Below, piece after piece: positions 38,755 through 47,592 of a DNA stretch of 64,000 bases. Each line of letters opens with the position of its first letter. The first letter of the stretch is position 1. The position numbers and the translations under genes are program-made. Below the pieces are notes generated by a model. The model saw nothing but the letters and a program-made list of their open reading frames with translations. It did no database searches and was not told the DNA's origin. Source of the stretch: Clostridium polyendosporum (lineage in GTDB: Bacteria; Bacillota; Clostridia; Clostridiales; Clostridiaceae); the NCBI RefSeq assembly GCF_018332455.1, contig NZ_BOPZ01000012.1, positions 31,443-95,442 on the forward strand, given 5' to 3'.

Positions 38755-39689
38755 TGATCAGGAGAGGAATAGTAATGGAGGTTAAAGGGAAAAAGGTTCT
38801 TCTTATGACTTCGGCAGGAGAATTTACTATGGTTAAGGTAGGAAAAGAATTGCCAGTCAGGGGAAGAGAATATGAAGGAAAGGTTCTGGTGAAAAGTACT
38901 ATAAACAAGAGAATAATTGCAGCAGTAGCCTCTTTTGTACTTATTTTTACTTTGGGAGCAAAAGATTATTATACCCCAGTTAAGGCGTTAGAGATTTATG
39001 CAAGTTCTAATATAAAACTGGAACTTAATAGATGGGATAGAGTTATAGAAGCATCTCCTCTTAATGATAATGGTAGGAAGGTTCTTTCTAAAATAGCCTT
39101 AAATAACAGAGATATTGAGAAAGCTGTTAATATGATTTTAGAACAAGTTTCAAAGGAGAATATTTTAGGAGGTCAGCATCAGATATCTATTAATTCAATA
39201 AATGGAAAGTTAAATATTGACAACCTTAAAAAAATTATAGAAGAAAAAGGATTAAAGATCATTGATATCAACTCTTATAATGAAAATAATAAAATAAAAA
39301 GTCAACAGAGTGAAGTAATTAATGAGGAAAAGAGTAATAGTAAAAATAATGAAGAAAAAAATTTAAGTGAAAATAAATCGAATAAATCTATAGATAATAA
39401 AGGTAATAATGGACGGGAAGTTAATAATAGTAACAAGCATAGTATCTCACAAGACCAAGACACTAATAAGGATGTGAATTATAGTAAAAATAGCCAAGAT
39501 AATAAAATCAAGAGTTCTAGTTCATCTAGTAATGAAAAAGAAATAAAAGGTAATTCAAAACAACAATTAAAAGATACGGGAATAGAAAAGACTGATGGTA
39601 ATTATAAACATAATTTACAGGATACTCAAGGGAGCAATGAGCAATCAAATAGTTCTGAAAAAGAAAATAATACAATAAAGAAAAAGTAA
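38754..39689 (+). CDS. rsgI: Anti-sigma-I factor RsgI-like: RsgI N-terminal domain, single TM, then an Asn/Ser/Lys-rich low-complexity extracytoplasmic tail
   Basis: The N-terminus MIRRGIVMEVKGKKVLLMTSAGEFTMVKV matches the RsgI_N pattern (M.RGII.E…V.LLT.DGEF). A TM spans about aa 53-70. The C-terminal ~150 aa have no recognisable globular sensor domain. Confidence 0.65.
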   Translation: MIRRGIVMEVKGKKVLLMTSAGEFTMVKVGKELPVRGREYEGKVLVKSTINKRIIAAVASFVLIFTLGAKDYYTPVKALEIYASSNIKLELNRWDRVIEASPLNDNGRKVLSKIALNNRDIEKAVNMILEQVSKENILGGQHQISINSINGKLNIDNLKKIIEEKGLKIIDINSYNENNKIKSQQSEVINEEKSNSKNNEEKNLSENKSNKSIDNKGNNGREVNNSNKHSISQDQDTNKDVNYSKNSQDNKIKSSSSSSNEKEIKGNSKQQLKDTGIEKTDGNYKHNLQDTQGSNEQSNSSEKENNTIKKK

Positions 39690-39711
39690 AAATGAATAGG
39701 AATAGACTTAC

Positions 39712-39779
39712 TCGCTTTTAGTTAGATCTTACTTTGTAAAATAGCAGTAAATAAGGTGATGGGGACAGTACGTCCCCAG
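39712..39779. repeat. Dispersed repeat copy R13 (degenerate A) plus the hairpin ggggacagtacgtcccc
   Basis: The pattern ttagatcttactttgtaaaatagcag, then a GC hairpin. The hairpin may act as the asnS (-) terminator. Confidence 0.5.
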
Positions 39780-39783
39780 TTTA

Positions 39784-41175
39784 TTAGAATTCAGATTGAC
39801 CAGTAGTTCTTGGAAATGGTATAACGTCTCTGATGTTTGACATTCCAGTGATATACATTATTAATCTTTCAAAACCTAGACCAAAACCAGAGTGAATAGT
39901 TTCACCGTACTTTCTAAGTTCTAGGTACCACCAGTAGTTTTCTTTATTTAAGCCGAGCTCAGCCATTCTTTTTTCTAAAACAGCTAATCGTTCTTCTCTT
40001 TGACTACCACCTATGATTTCTCCAACTCCTGGAACTAGGCAATCCATAGCTGATACTGTCTTACCATCTTCATTTAATCTCATGTAGAATGCCTTTATGT
40101 CTTTTGGATAGTTTATAACAAATACTGGTTTCTTAAATATTTCTTCTGTTAAGTATCTTTCATGTTCAGTTTGAAGATCAATTCCCCATTCTACAGAATA
40201 TTCGAATTGATGGCCTGACTTTTTAAGTAGGTCAACAGCTTCTGTATAAGTTATTCTCCCAAAGTCTGATGTTATAATATGATTTAGTCTTTCAAGAAGA
40301 CCCTTATCTATAAATTGATTAAAGAATTCTAACTCTTCCGGACATTCATCCATAACGTACTTTATTACATACTTAAGCATATCTTCTGCAAGTTCCATAT
40401 CATCTTGAAGATCAGCAAAAGCAATCTCAGGCTCTATCATCCAAAACTCCGCTGCATGTCTGGCTGTATTTGAATTTTCAGCTCGGAAGGTTGGACCAAA
40501 GGTATAAATGTTTCTAAATGCAAGGGCAAAACACTCACCGTTTAATTGACCTGAAACTGTTAGATTAGATTCTTTCCCAAAAAAGTCTTTCTTAAAGTCT
40601 ATATCGCCTTTTTCTGTTTTGGCGATATTGCTTAAGTCTAGAGTTGTAACTCTAAACATTTCTCCAGCACCTTCGCAATCACTGCCAGTTATTATTGGTG
40701 TATGAACATACACAAAGTTTCTCTCATTGAAAAACTTATGTATTGCATAGGCAGCTACTGAACGAATTCTAAATACTGCTGAGAAGGCATTGCTTCTTGG
40801 CCTTAAGTGAGCAATACTTCTTAAATATTCAAATGTATGTCTTTTCTTTTGAAGTGGGTAATCTGATGATGACATACCTTCAACTATAATTTCATCTGCT
40901 TGAATTTCAAATGGTTGTTTGGCGTCTGGTGTAGCCATTAAGGTACCAACAACAGAAATTGATGAGGATATTGGAAGTTTTGAAATTTCTTTAAAGTTTT
41001 CAAGTTTTGTATCGAATACTACTTGAAGGTTTTTAAAGAAAGAACCATCATTAACCTCAATAAATCCAAAAGCATTTGAAGCTCTTAAAGTTCTTAACCA
41101 TGCAGAAAATTTAACTTTCTTTCCTATATATTCATCAGTATTTCTATATAGTGATTTGATTGAAACTTTTTCCAT
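39784..41175 (-). CDS. asnS: Asparaginyl-tRNA synthetase
   Basis: Class II aaRS motifs with an AsnRS-type OB-fold N-terminus. It reads …[21 protein letters not shown]… and …GGSQREER…. Confidence 0.95.
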   Translation of the reverse strand: MEKVSIKSLYRNTDEYIGKKVKFSAWLRTLRASNAFGFIEVNDGSFFKNLQVVFDTKLENFKEISKLPISSSISVVGTLMATPDAKQPFEIQADEIIVEGMSSSDYPLQKKRHTFEYLRSIAHLRPRSNAFSAVFRIRSVAAYAIHKFFNERNFVYVHTPIITGSDCEGAGEMFRVTTLDLSNIAKTEKGDIDFKKDFFGKESNLTVSGQLNGECFALAFRNIYTFGPTFRAENSNTARHAAEFWMIEPEIAFADLQDDMELAEDMLKYVIKYVMDECPEELEFFNQFIDKGLLERLNHIITSDFGRITYTEAVDLLKKSGHQFEYSVEWGIDLQTEHERYLTEEIFKKPVFVINYPKDIKAFYMRLNEDGKTVSAMDCLVPGVGEIIGGSQREERLAVLEKRMAELGLNKENYWWYLELRKYGETIHSGFGLGFERLIMYITGMSNIRDVIPFPRTTGQSEF

Positions 41176-41457
41176 AATATAACCTCACTTTCTTTTTATA
41201 TTATAGACATAAAATAACTTTAAATTACTATTAAATAACTTTATGGAAGTGTTTAATACATTAAAGCAAAAAATCCTTTCATCTTTATGAGACGAAAGGT
41301 GTGTACTTCGTATTATAATTCAATTGATACATTAGAAAATGTAATCTTTCAACTGGATTATTTTAGTGTTATTAGTAATATTATATAATTAATTTTTAAT
41401 AAATGCAATTAGTACATCATAAAATTATATAGTGTATTAAATAAATAAGAGGTATTT

Positions 41458-41901
41458 ATGTGTAAGTTAAAAGAGGAACTTTTAGCGGAAAAGTATTGCC
41501 AAATAAATTATTTAAAGGGGATGCTATGGATAAGTCACAAAAGTAAAAATTTTGACTATATACTTAGGATGTTGAAAAAGGTGCTTTTGCAAGTAGAAAT
41601 GATTAAAAATTTACCAGGTAACGATAAGGTTATTATTAAAAAAAGTGATGATGAAAGGGTGGAGTCAGATAGAAGGGAATTTACGTTAGAAGAACTTGCT
41701 AAATTCGATGGTAAAGGAGACAATCCTGCCTATGTAGCGATTAATGGTACAGTTTATGATGTAACAGATCAAAAAAGTTGGGGTGGAGGAACACATTTTG
41801 GTCTTTATGCTGGTAAGGATTTGTCTGATGCATATAATTCATGTCACACCAATAGTCCAGCGTTAAGCAAGCTTAAAGTAGTAGGAGTTTTAAAGCAATG
41901 A
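41458..41901 (+). CDS. Cytochrome b5-like heme/steroid-binding domain protein
   Basis: The C-terminal half (…FTLEELAKFDGKGDNPAYVAINGTVYDVTDQKSWGGGTHFGLYAGKDLSD…) matches the cyt-b5-like fold pattern. The N-terminal half and the start are uncertain. Confidence 0.5.
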   Translation: MCKLKEELLAEKYCQINYLKGMLWISHKSKNFDYILRMLKKVLLQVEMIKNLPGNDKVIIKKSDDERVESDRREFTLEELAKFDGKGDNPAYVAINGTVYDVTDQKSWGGGTHFGLYAGKDLSDAYNSCHTNSPALSKLKVVGVLKQ

Positions 41902-42677
41902 AGAAAATTAATGTGATATGGCTTGAGGCAGATGGATGTTCTGGGAATATAATTTCATTCTTAAATTCAGTAGAACCTTCAATAAGGTATCTTCTAGAAA
42001 ATGTAATAAACATAACCTATGATAATGCAGTAACGGGAGAAGAAGGAGAAGTAGCCTGGGAAAGATTTTTAAATACATTAAATACCGAGTTTATCTTAAT
42101 AGTAGAGGGTGCCATAAGTCTTAAGAGTGATGGATATTATAACGTTATAGCTAACTATAAGGGAGAGAGAATTACAGCTAACAAAGCCGTTGAATTAGCT
42201 GCACAGAAAGCAAAGTATATTATATCAGTAGGGGTTTGTGCTTGTTATGGCGGCGTATCTGCTGCTAGACCTAATCCAACACAATGTATTTCTGTTAAGG
42301 AATTTTTAGGAGAAAAGCAGGTGATACGGGTACCTGGATGTCCATGTAATCCAAGATGGCTCTCAGGAACAATTCTTCAGTTAGTTAATGGTAATAGGAT
42401 AATGCTTGATGAGGAAGGAAAACCTCTTATGTATTATGGAAGAACTATTCATGATAGATGTCCTAGAAGAGGTGATTTCGAGGAAAAGAGATTTGCTAAA
42501 GGCTTAGGTGAACCAGGGTGCCTTTTTAGATTAGGTTGTAGAGGGCCTGTTACAAGAGCAGATTGTCCAGTAGAGAAATGGAATGATCAAAAGAATTGGC
42601 CGATAGGAGTAAACACCAACTGTGTAGGCTGTACAAATAAGTACTTTCCAGATGGCATGGAGCCCTTTGAAAGATAG
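41898..42677 (+). CDS. [NiFe]-hydrogenase small subunit, no Tat signal peptide
   Basis: The N-terminal WLEADGCSGN motif and the Fe-S Cys clusters (GVCACYGG, GCPCNP, C…C…C near the C-terminus). There is no RRxFxK twin-arginine leader. Confidence 0.85.
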   Translation: MKKINVIWLEADGCSGNIISFLNSVEPSIRYLLENVINITYDNAVTGEEGEVAWERFLNTLNTEFILIVEGAISLKSDGYYNVIANYKGERITANKAVELAAQKAKYIISVGVCACYGGVSAARPNPTQCISVKEFLGEKQVIRVPGCPCNPRWLSGTILQLVNGNRIMLDEEGKPLMYYGRTIHDRCPRRGDFEEKRFAKGLGEPGCLFRLGCRGPVTRADCPVEKWNDQKNWPIGVNTNCVGCTNKYFPDGMEPFER

Positions 42678-42691
42678 GTAGGTGAAACTTA

Positions 42692-44113
42692 GTGAGTAAA
42701 AAAATAATTATTAATCCAATTACTAGAATAAGCGGATTGTTGAGCATAGAGGTTGAAATAGAAAATCATAAGATAATTGATGCAAGAAGTACGGGAAATA
42801 TGTTTCGTGGCTTTGAAATGATGTTGAAAGGAAGACCTCCTAAAGATGCAACTTATATAACTGAGAGAATATGCGGGATTTGTTCAACTGCTCATTCTTA
42901 TGTATCTACTTTAGCTGTAGAAAAGGCAATTCAGATTGAAGAAAGTGAGAATTCAAAAGCCATTAGAGATTTGGTGCATGGGTGTGATTTGATACAAAGT
43001 CATACTAGGCATTTTTATCTTTTTGTTTTGCCTGATTATATTAGTGGAGATTGGGGCATGCCGAGCTTTAGGGAAACTCTTGCAGATAGTAGGATACCCA
43101 AAGCCATAGCTGATAAAATATTCTCTCATTATGTTGAGTCACTAGAAATTTCAAGAAAAGCTCATGACCTTTTAGCTATGCTAAGTGGTAAGGCTCCTCA
43201 TAATCATGGAATCTTTCCAGGCGGAGTTACTCTAGTACTTACTGAACCCAAGAGAGTAGTATTTAAAGAAATACTTCAGGATATTCTAAATTTTGCTAGA
43301 GAAAAAATGTATGAGGACACATTTATGATTAGTAAATACTATGATGATTACTATGATAAGGGATATACAGGCGAAAACTTTTTAACCTTTGGAATGATAA
43401 ATGGGTATAGCAATAAGGAGTTAAATTATGTTGATCCTGCTGTAATGCTTGATGGTAAAATTGAGCCTATAGATTTTTCGATGATATATGAAAATATAAA
43501 AAGTTCTTGGTTTAGAGCAATAGACCCGGGACAGAATCAGGATGTTATGAACCTAAGTGATACAGCATGGATTGATGATATTAATAAACAAGGAGGATAC
43601 AGTTTTATAAAGGCTTCAAGATATAGAGAGCAGCCAATGGAAGTAGGGCCCTTGGCTAGGATGAAGCTTGGTGGATATTATCAAGGAAAGTCTTCTGTTA
43701 TTGGTAGAATAGTAGCTAGAACAAATGAAGTTATACAGGTTTGCGAGCTAATGATGAAACTTATTGACAGAGTAAAGATTAATGAAAAGAGTTTTATAAG
43801 TAAGGATGTTCCAGAAAAAGGGGAAGGTATTGCATTTAAAGACACTATGAGAGGTGCACTTTGTCACTATGTTTCAATAAGAAATAGTGTTATCGATAAA
43901 TATAATATAATAACTCCTTCTACATGGAATCTAGGTCCATCAATACCTGGTGGAGAAAAGGGCATTGTAGAAAGAGCACTTATTAATACTCATATAGAAA
44001 ATGAAGATCATCCTATAGAGATAGGACGGGTAGTTAGAAGTTTTGATCCGTGTATTTCTTGTGCTACTCACGTATTTAAATATAAAGAAAAGATTATGGA
44101 GGTTATATTTTAA
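42692..44113 (+). CDS. [NiFe]-hydrogenase large subunit
   Basis: The L1 motif RICGICSTAHS and the C-terminal L2 motif DPCISCATH. A GTG start lies after aggtaggtga. Confidence 0.9.
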   Translation: MSKKIIINPITRISGLLSIEVEIENHKIIDARSTGNMFRGFEMMLKGRPPKDATYITERICGICSTAHSYVSTLAVEKAIQIEESENSKAIRDLVHGCDLIQSHTRHFYLFVLPDYISGDWGMPSFRETLADSRIPKAIADKIFSHYVESLEISRKAHDLLAMLSGKAPHNHGIFPGGVTLVLTEPKRVVFKEILQDILNFAREKMYEDTFMISKYYDDYYDKGYTGENFLTFGMINGYSNKELNYVDPAVMLDGKIEPIDFSMIYENIKSSWFRAIDPGQNQDVMNLSDTAWIDDINKQGGYSFIKASRYREQPMEVGPLARMKLGGYYQGKSSVIGRIVARTNEVIQVCELMMKLIDRVKINEKSFISKDVPEKGEGIAFKDTMRGALCHYVSIRNSVIDKYNIITPSTWNLGPSIPGGEKGIVERALINTHIENEDHPIEIGRVVRSFDPCISCATHVFKYKEKIMEVIF

Positions 44114-44166
44114 AAAGAGCTACTTATCTCTATTGGCCTTGTACAAATATTAATAAGGAGAGAAAT

Positions 44167-44619
44167 ATGAGCAAGATTATAGCTATAGGAAATACTCTGA
44201 TGAGAGATGATGGCGTGGCAATTAAAGCTTTAAGAATTATAGAAGAACCATTAAAAAAATTAGGCTTTGAAGTTATCTTTGGAGGAGTATCTATAGAACC
44301 TGCATTTTTAATAGATAAAGATGAAGATGTTATAGTTGTTGATGCAATGAATATAGGAGTAAGTGGTGGTGAAGTACATGCTTTTCCTCTTGAAAATTTC
44401 AAGGGTATAAGCTTTATTTGTGCATCTGAACATGACATTGATCTCTTATCAATGATGAGGATTTTGAAACACTCTATGAAAGGAATATTTATAGGAATAG
44501 AAATCAAAGAAATATCTTTTCATGATGAATTAAGCATTGAAATAAACAAAAAACTTCATTTTATAAGTAAAAGAATATATGAAGTATGTAAAAATTATGA
44601 GGAAGGTAAAAAAATATAG
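44167..44619 (+). CDS. Hydrogenase maturation endopeptidase (HyaD/HybD/HycI family)
   Basis: The protein is 150 aa. The N-terminal GNTLMRDDGVAIKA motif matches the family. Confidence 0.8.
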   Translation: MSKIIAIGNTLMRDDGVAIKALRIIEEPLKKLGFEVIFGGVSIEPAFLIDKDEDVIVVDAMNIGVSGGEVHAFPLENFKGISFICASEHDIDLLSMMRILKHSMKGIFIGIEIKEISFHDELSIEINKKLHFISKRIYEVCKNYEEGKKI

Positions 44620-44622
44620 AAA

Positions 44623-44646
44623 AGTAGCATTATATGCTACTTTTCT
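44623..44646. terminator. Bidirectional terminator (agtagcata…tatgctact)
   Basis: A palindromic hairpin with flanking A and T runs, between convergent genes. Confidence 0.7.
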
Positions 44647-45343
44647 ACTCGGTTCCTGTTTCATAAGAGTGAACTAGAGGTGTTGGAAAACCTTTCATTT
44701 CAGCATCTTTTACTGTTCTCTTATATTCATAATTTATCTCTTTGATTTGTGTTTTTATGTTTGGATCTTTAGTTATTTCTAATATAACATAGGTGGCATT
44801 TGGTCTTCCTATCTTAGGTTTGCCAACGCTACCATCATTGATTAAAAGCTTGTGTCCAAATCGCTTAACATAAGGGATATGAGTATGAGCACATACTAGT
44901 ACATCACTATCTAGATTTTTCATTATTGTTTCAATCTCTTTATTATCTTCTGATAAATATTCATTTATTTTTTGAGGACTTCCATGCACAAAAAGGACTT
45001 TTTTTCCTTCTATTGTTAAGGAAAGATTTTCAGGAAGATTTTCTAGAAAATATTTATTAGAAACTCTAAGTTCTTCAACTGTCCATGGAAGAGAGAAGGA
45101 ATTAATATTTGTATCTCTTATATAAGTAAAACCGTTGTCCACTACAGAGGCATCATAATTGCCTTTTAGACAAATAATATTTCTTCTTTTTATCATAGCT
45201 ACAACTTCATTTGGATGTGGGCCATAACCAACGAGATCACCAAGACAGATAATGGTGTCAACATTCTGACTATCTATATCTTCAAGCACTCTTATAAGTG
45301 CATAGACGTTGCTGTGAATATCAGATATTACTGCTATTTTCAT
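44645..45343 (-). CDS. Metallophosphoesterase (calcineurin-like, YfcE-type)
   Basis: It reads MKIAVISDIHSN…, …GDLVGYG… and …GHTHIP…, the classical phosphoesterase motifs. Confidence 0.8.
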   Translation of the reverse strand: MKIAVISDIHSNVYALIRVLEDIDSQNVDTIICLGDLVGYGPHPNEVVAMIKRRNIICLKGNYDASVVDNGFTYIRDTNINSFSLPWTVEELRVSNKYFLENLPENLSLTIEGKKVLFVHGSPQKINEYLSEDNKEIETIMKNLDSDVLVCAHTHIPYVKRFGHKLLINDGSVGKPKIGRPNATYVILEITKDPNIKTQIKEINYEYKRTVKDAEMKGFPTPLVHSYETGTE

Positions 45344-45575
45344 AAACTTCCCTCCTAAAAATTATTATATAAATTTATTATAACATTTAATGGCTACTTG
45401 TATTTGAAATTTTTCGTTAATTATATTTTTTTACTTTTTATTATATATGTATAATTAAAAGGATATGGAGTCTGAAGGTTATTTAACAAAAAGTAATTTA
45501 ACATAAAACAATTAATGAATGTTTATTACAGTTTTTTATAATTAAAGTAAATTTGAAATAAAGGAGTGAAAAAGG

Positions 45576-46652
45576 GTGAATGAAAATAGATTAGAAAGAG
45601 TACTAACAGAGATGGAGAAACAAGGGTTAACTCAAATGCTTATATCATCACCATCAGCAGTGTTTTACTTAACAGGAAAGTGGATTGAGCCTGGAGAGAG
45701 AATGCTTACATTTTACATAAATATAAGTGGAGATAAGAAGTTAATAATAAATGAGCTTTTTCCTATAAATGAAAAATTCGATTTTGATTTAATTAGGTAT
45801 AGCGATACTGAGGACCCAGTAAAAAGACTGTGCGAATTCGTGGATCACTCAAAACCTTTAGGAATAGATAAAAATTGGCCATCTCATTTTTTGATAAGAT
45901 TAATGGAGAAAAAGGGTGTATCAGTTTTTGTTAATGGGTCTTATATAATTGATAGAATCAGGATGATAAAGGATTCAGAGGAAATAAAACTTATGAAAAA
46001 GGCTTCCTCTATTAATGATAAGGTAATGGAGGAGATAGTAAATGAATTTTCTAGTAATAGAAGTGAGAAAGAGATGTGTACTATCTTAAGAGATTTATAT
46101 GAAAGTAAAGGAACACAGGGCTTTTCATTCTATCCTATAATAGCTTATGGTGCTAATGCAGCAGATCCACATCATGACTCTGGTAATTCTTTAGTGAAAG
46201 ATGGAGATAGTATTATCATAGATATGGGCTGTAGAAATAAATACTACTGCTCAGATATGACAAGAACCTTCTTTTTTGGTGAACCTTCTAAGGAAGCTGA
46301 AAGAGTTTACAATATTGTTTATGAAGCGAATTTAAATGCAATCAGTAAGATCAAGCCAGGAACAAGATTTTGTGATATAGATAGAGCAGCCAGAGCAGTT
46401 ATTGAGGGTTATAATTATGGAAAGTACTTCACTCATAGAACAGGACATTCTATAGGTATAGAAGTTCATGATTTTGGAGATGTGAGTTCAATAAATGAAG
46501 AAACGGTGCAACCAGGGATGATATTCTCTATTGAACCTGGAATTTATTTACCAGGAAGTGTTGGAGTAAGAATAGAAGATCTTGTGCTTGTAACTGAGAA
46601 TGGATGTGAAGTCCTTAATAAATATTCTAAAGAATTGAGAATATTTAAGTAA
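45576..46652 (+). CDS. M24-family Xaa-Pro dipeptidase/aminopeptidase (GTG start)
   Basis: M24 metal ligands (…DMGCRNKYYCSDMTRT…, …HRTGHSIGIEVHD…, …EPGIY…GVRIEDLV…). Confidence 0.85.
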   Translation: MNENRLERVLTEMEKQGLTQMLISSPSAVFYLTGKWIEPGERMLTFYINISGDKKLIINELFPINEKFDFDLIRYSDTEDPVKRLCEFVDHSKPLGIDKNWPSHFLIRLMEKKGVSVFVNGSYIIDRIRMIKDSEEIKLMKKASSINDKVMEEIVNEFSSNRSEKEMCTILRDLYESKGTQGFSFYPIIAYGANAADPHHDSGNSLVKDGDSIIIDMGCRNKYYCSDMTRTFFFGEPSKEAERVYNIVYEANLNAISKIKPGTRFCDIDRAARAVIEGYNYGKYFTHRTGHSIGIEVHDFGDVSSINEETVQPGMIFSIEPGIYLPGSVGVRIEDLVLVTENGCEVLNKYSKELRIFK

Positions 46653-46689
46653 CTAGAATTAATGTTAATATAGAATTTATAAAGATAAA

Positions 46690-46718
46690 TGACAATTGAC
46701 TTAGTGTGTCAATTGTCA
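46690..46718 (-). terminator. Probable terminator for punA (tgacaattgac…gtcaattgtca)
   Basis: An 11-bp perfect stem with a T-rich tract on the minus strand. Confidence 0.55.
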
Positions 46719-46736
46719 ACTTTCAATATTTACTGA

Positions 46737-47564
46737 TTAAATATTTCTTATTATGTTGGCCATAAGAGTTATAAATTTTTCTTTTACTTTTACTGAAGTC
46801 TCCATAACTTCTTCATGGTTTAATGGTTGTTCTAATATACCAGCTGCCATATTAGTCATGCAGGATACTCCTATAACTTTCATACCACTGTGATTTGCTA
46901 TTATAACTTCGGGTACAGTGGACATTCCAACAGCATCTCCACCTAGAACTCTTACCATTCTTATTTCAGCAGGAGTTTCATAAGTTGGACCACTAAACAT
47001 AGTATAGACACCTTCTTTTATATCAATACCAAGATTTTTCGCTATATCCTTAACCTTTGTTATTAGTTGTTTATCATAAGCATTAGACATATCAGGAAAA
47101 CGAGTACCAAATTCCTCTAGATTTCTTCCTATAAGAGGATTGTTTCCTGATAAGTTTATATGATCATTTATAATCATAAGATCTCCTGGAATAAAGTTAG
47201 TATTTACTGCACCAGCGGCATTAGTTACTATGAGTTTTTCAACGCCTAAGAGTTTCATTACTCTTATAGGGAAAGTAACATCTTCCATTGTATAACCTTC
47301 ATAATAATGAAATCTTCCTTGCATAGCTACAACTTGTTTGCCTTGGAAGTTACCAATAACTAATCTTCCTTCATGTCCTTCAACAGTTGAAATGGGAAAG
47401 TGAGGAAGAGAATTATATGAATAATATTCAGCCTGTTCAATTTGATCCGCTATTGCTCCTAATCCAGAACCTAATATTAGTCCTATTTCTGGTTTATATG
47501 TTGTCTTAGATGTTATATAATCAGCAGCAGTTTTGATTTTTAATGATAAGTTCATTATACTCAC
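46737..47564 (-). CDS. punA: Purine nucleoside phosphorylase (PNP family 1, inosine/guanosine type)
   Basis: It reads …IGLILGSGLG… and …GHEGRLV…. It is adjacent to deoB. Confidence 0.85.
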   Translation of the reverse strand: MSIMNLSLKIKTAADYITSKTTYKPEIGLILGSGLGAIADQIEQAEYYSYNSLPHFPISTVEGHEGRLVIGNFQGKQVVAMQGRFHYYEGYTMEDVTFPIRVMKLLGVEKLIVTNAAGAVNTNFIPGDLMIINDHINLSGNNPLIGRNLEEFGTRFPDMSNAYDKQLITKVKDIAKNLGIDIKEGVYTMFSGPTYETPAEIRMVRVLGGDAVGMSTVPEVIIANHSGMKVIGVSCMTNMAAGILEQPLNHEEVMETSVKVKEKFITLMANIIRNI

Positions 47565-47592
47565 CTCAAATAATTTTTGTTTTTATTTGCTA

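Noticed and set aside
41176-41457. T-box leader for asnS
   Set aside because: The terminator-like hairpin is present, but no T-box core, UGGU bulge or specifier loop could be found.
44130-44507. 125-aa minus-strand ORF
   Set aside because: It is antisense to the hydrogenase maturation protease gene.
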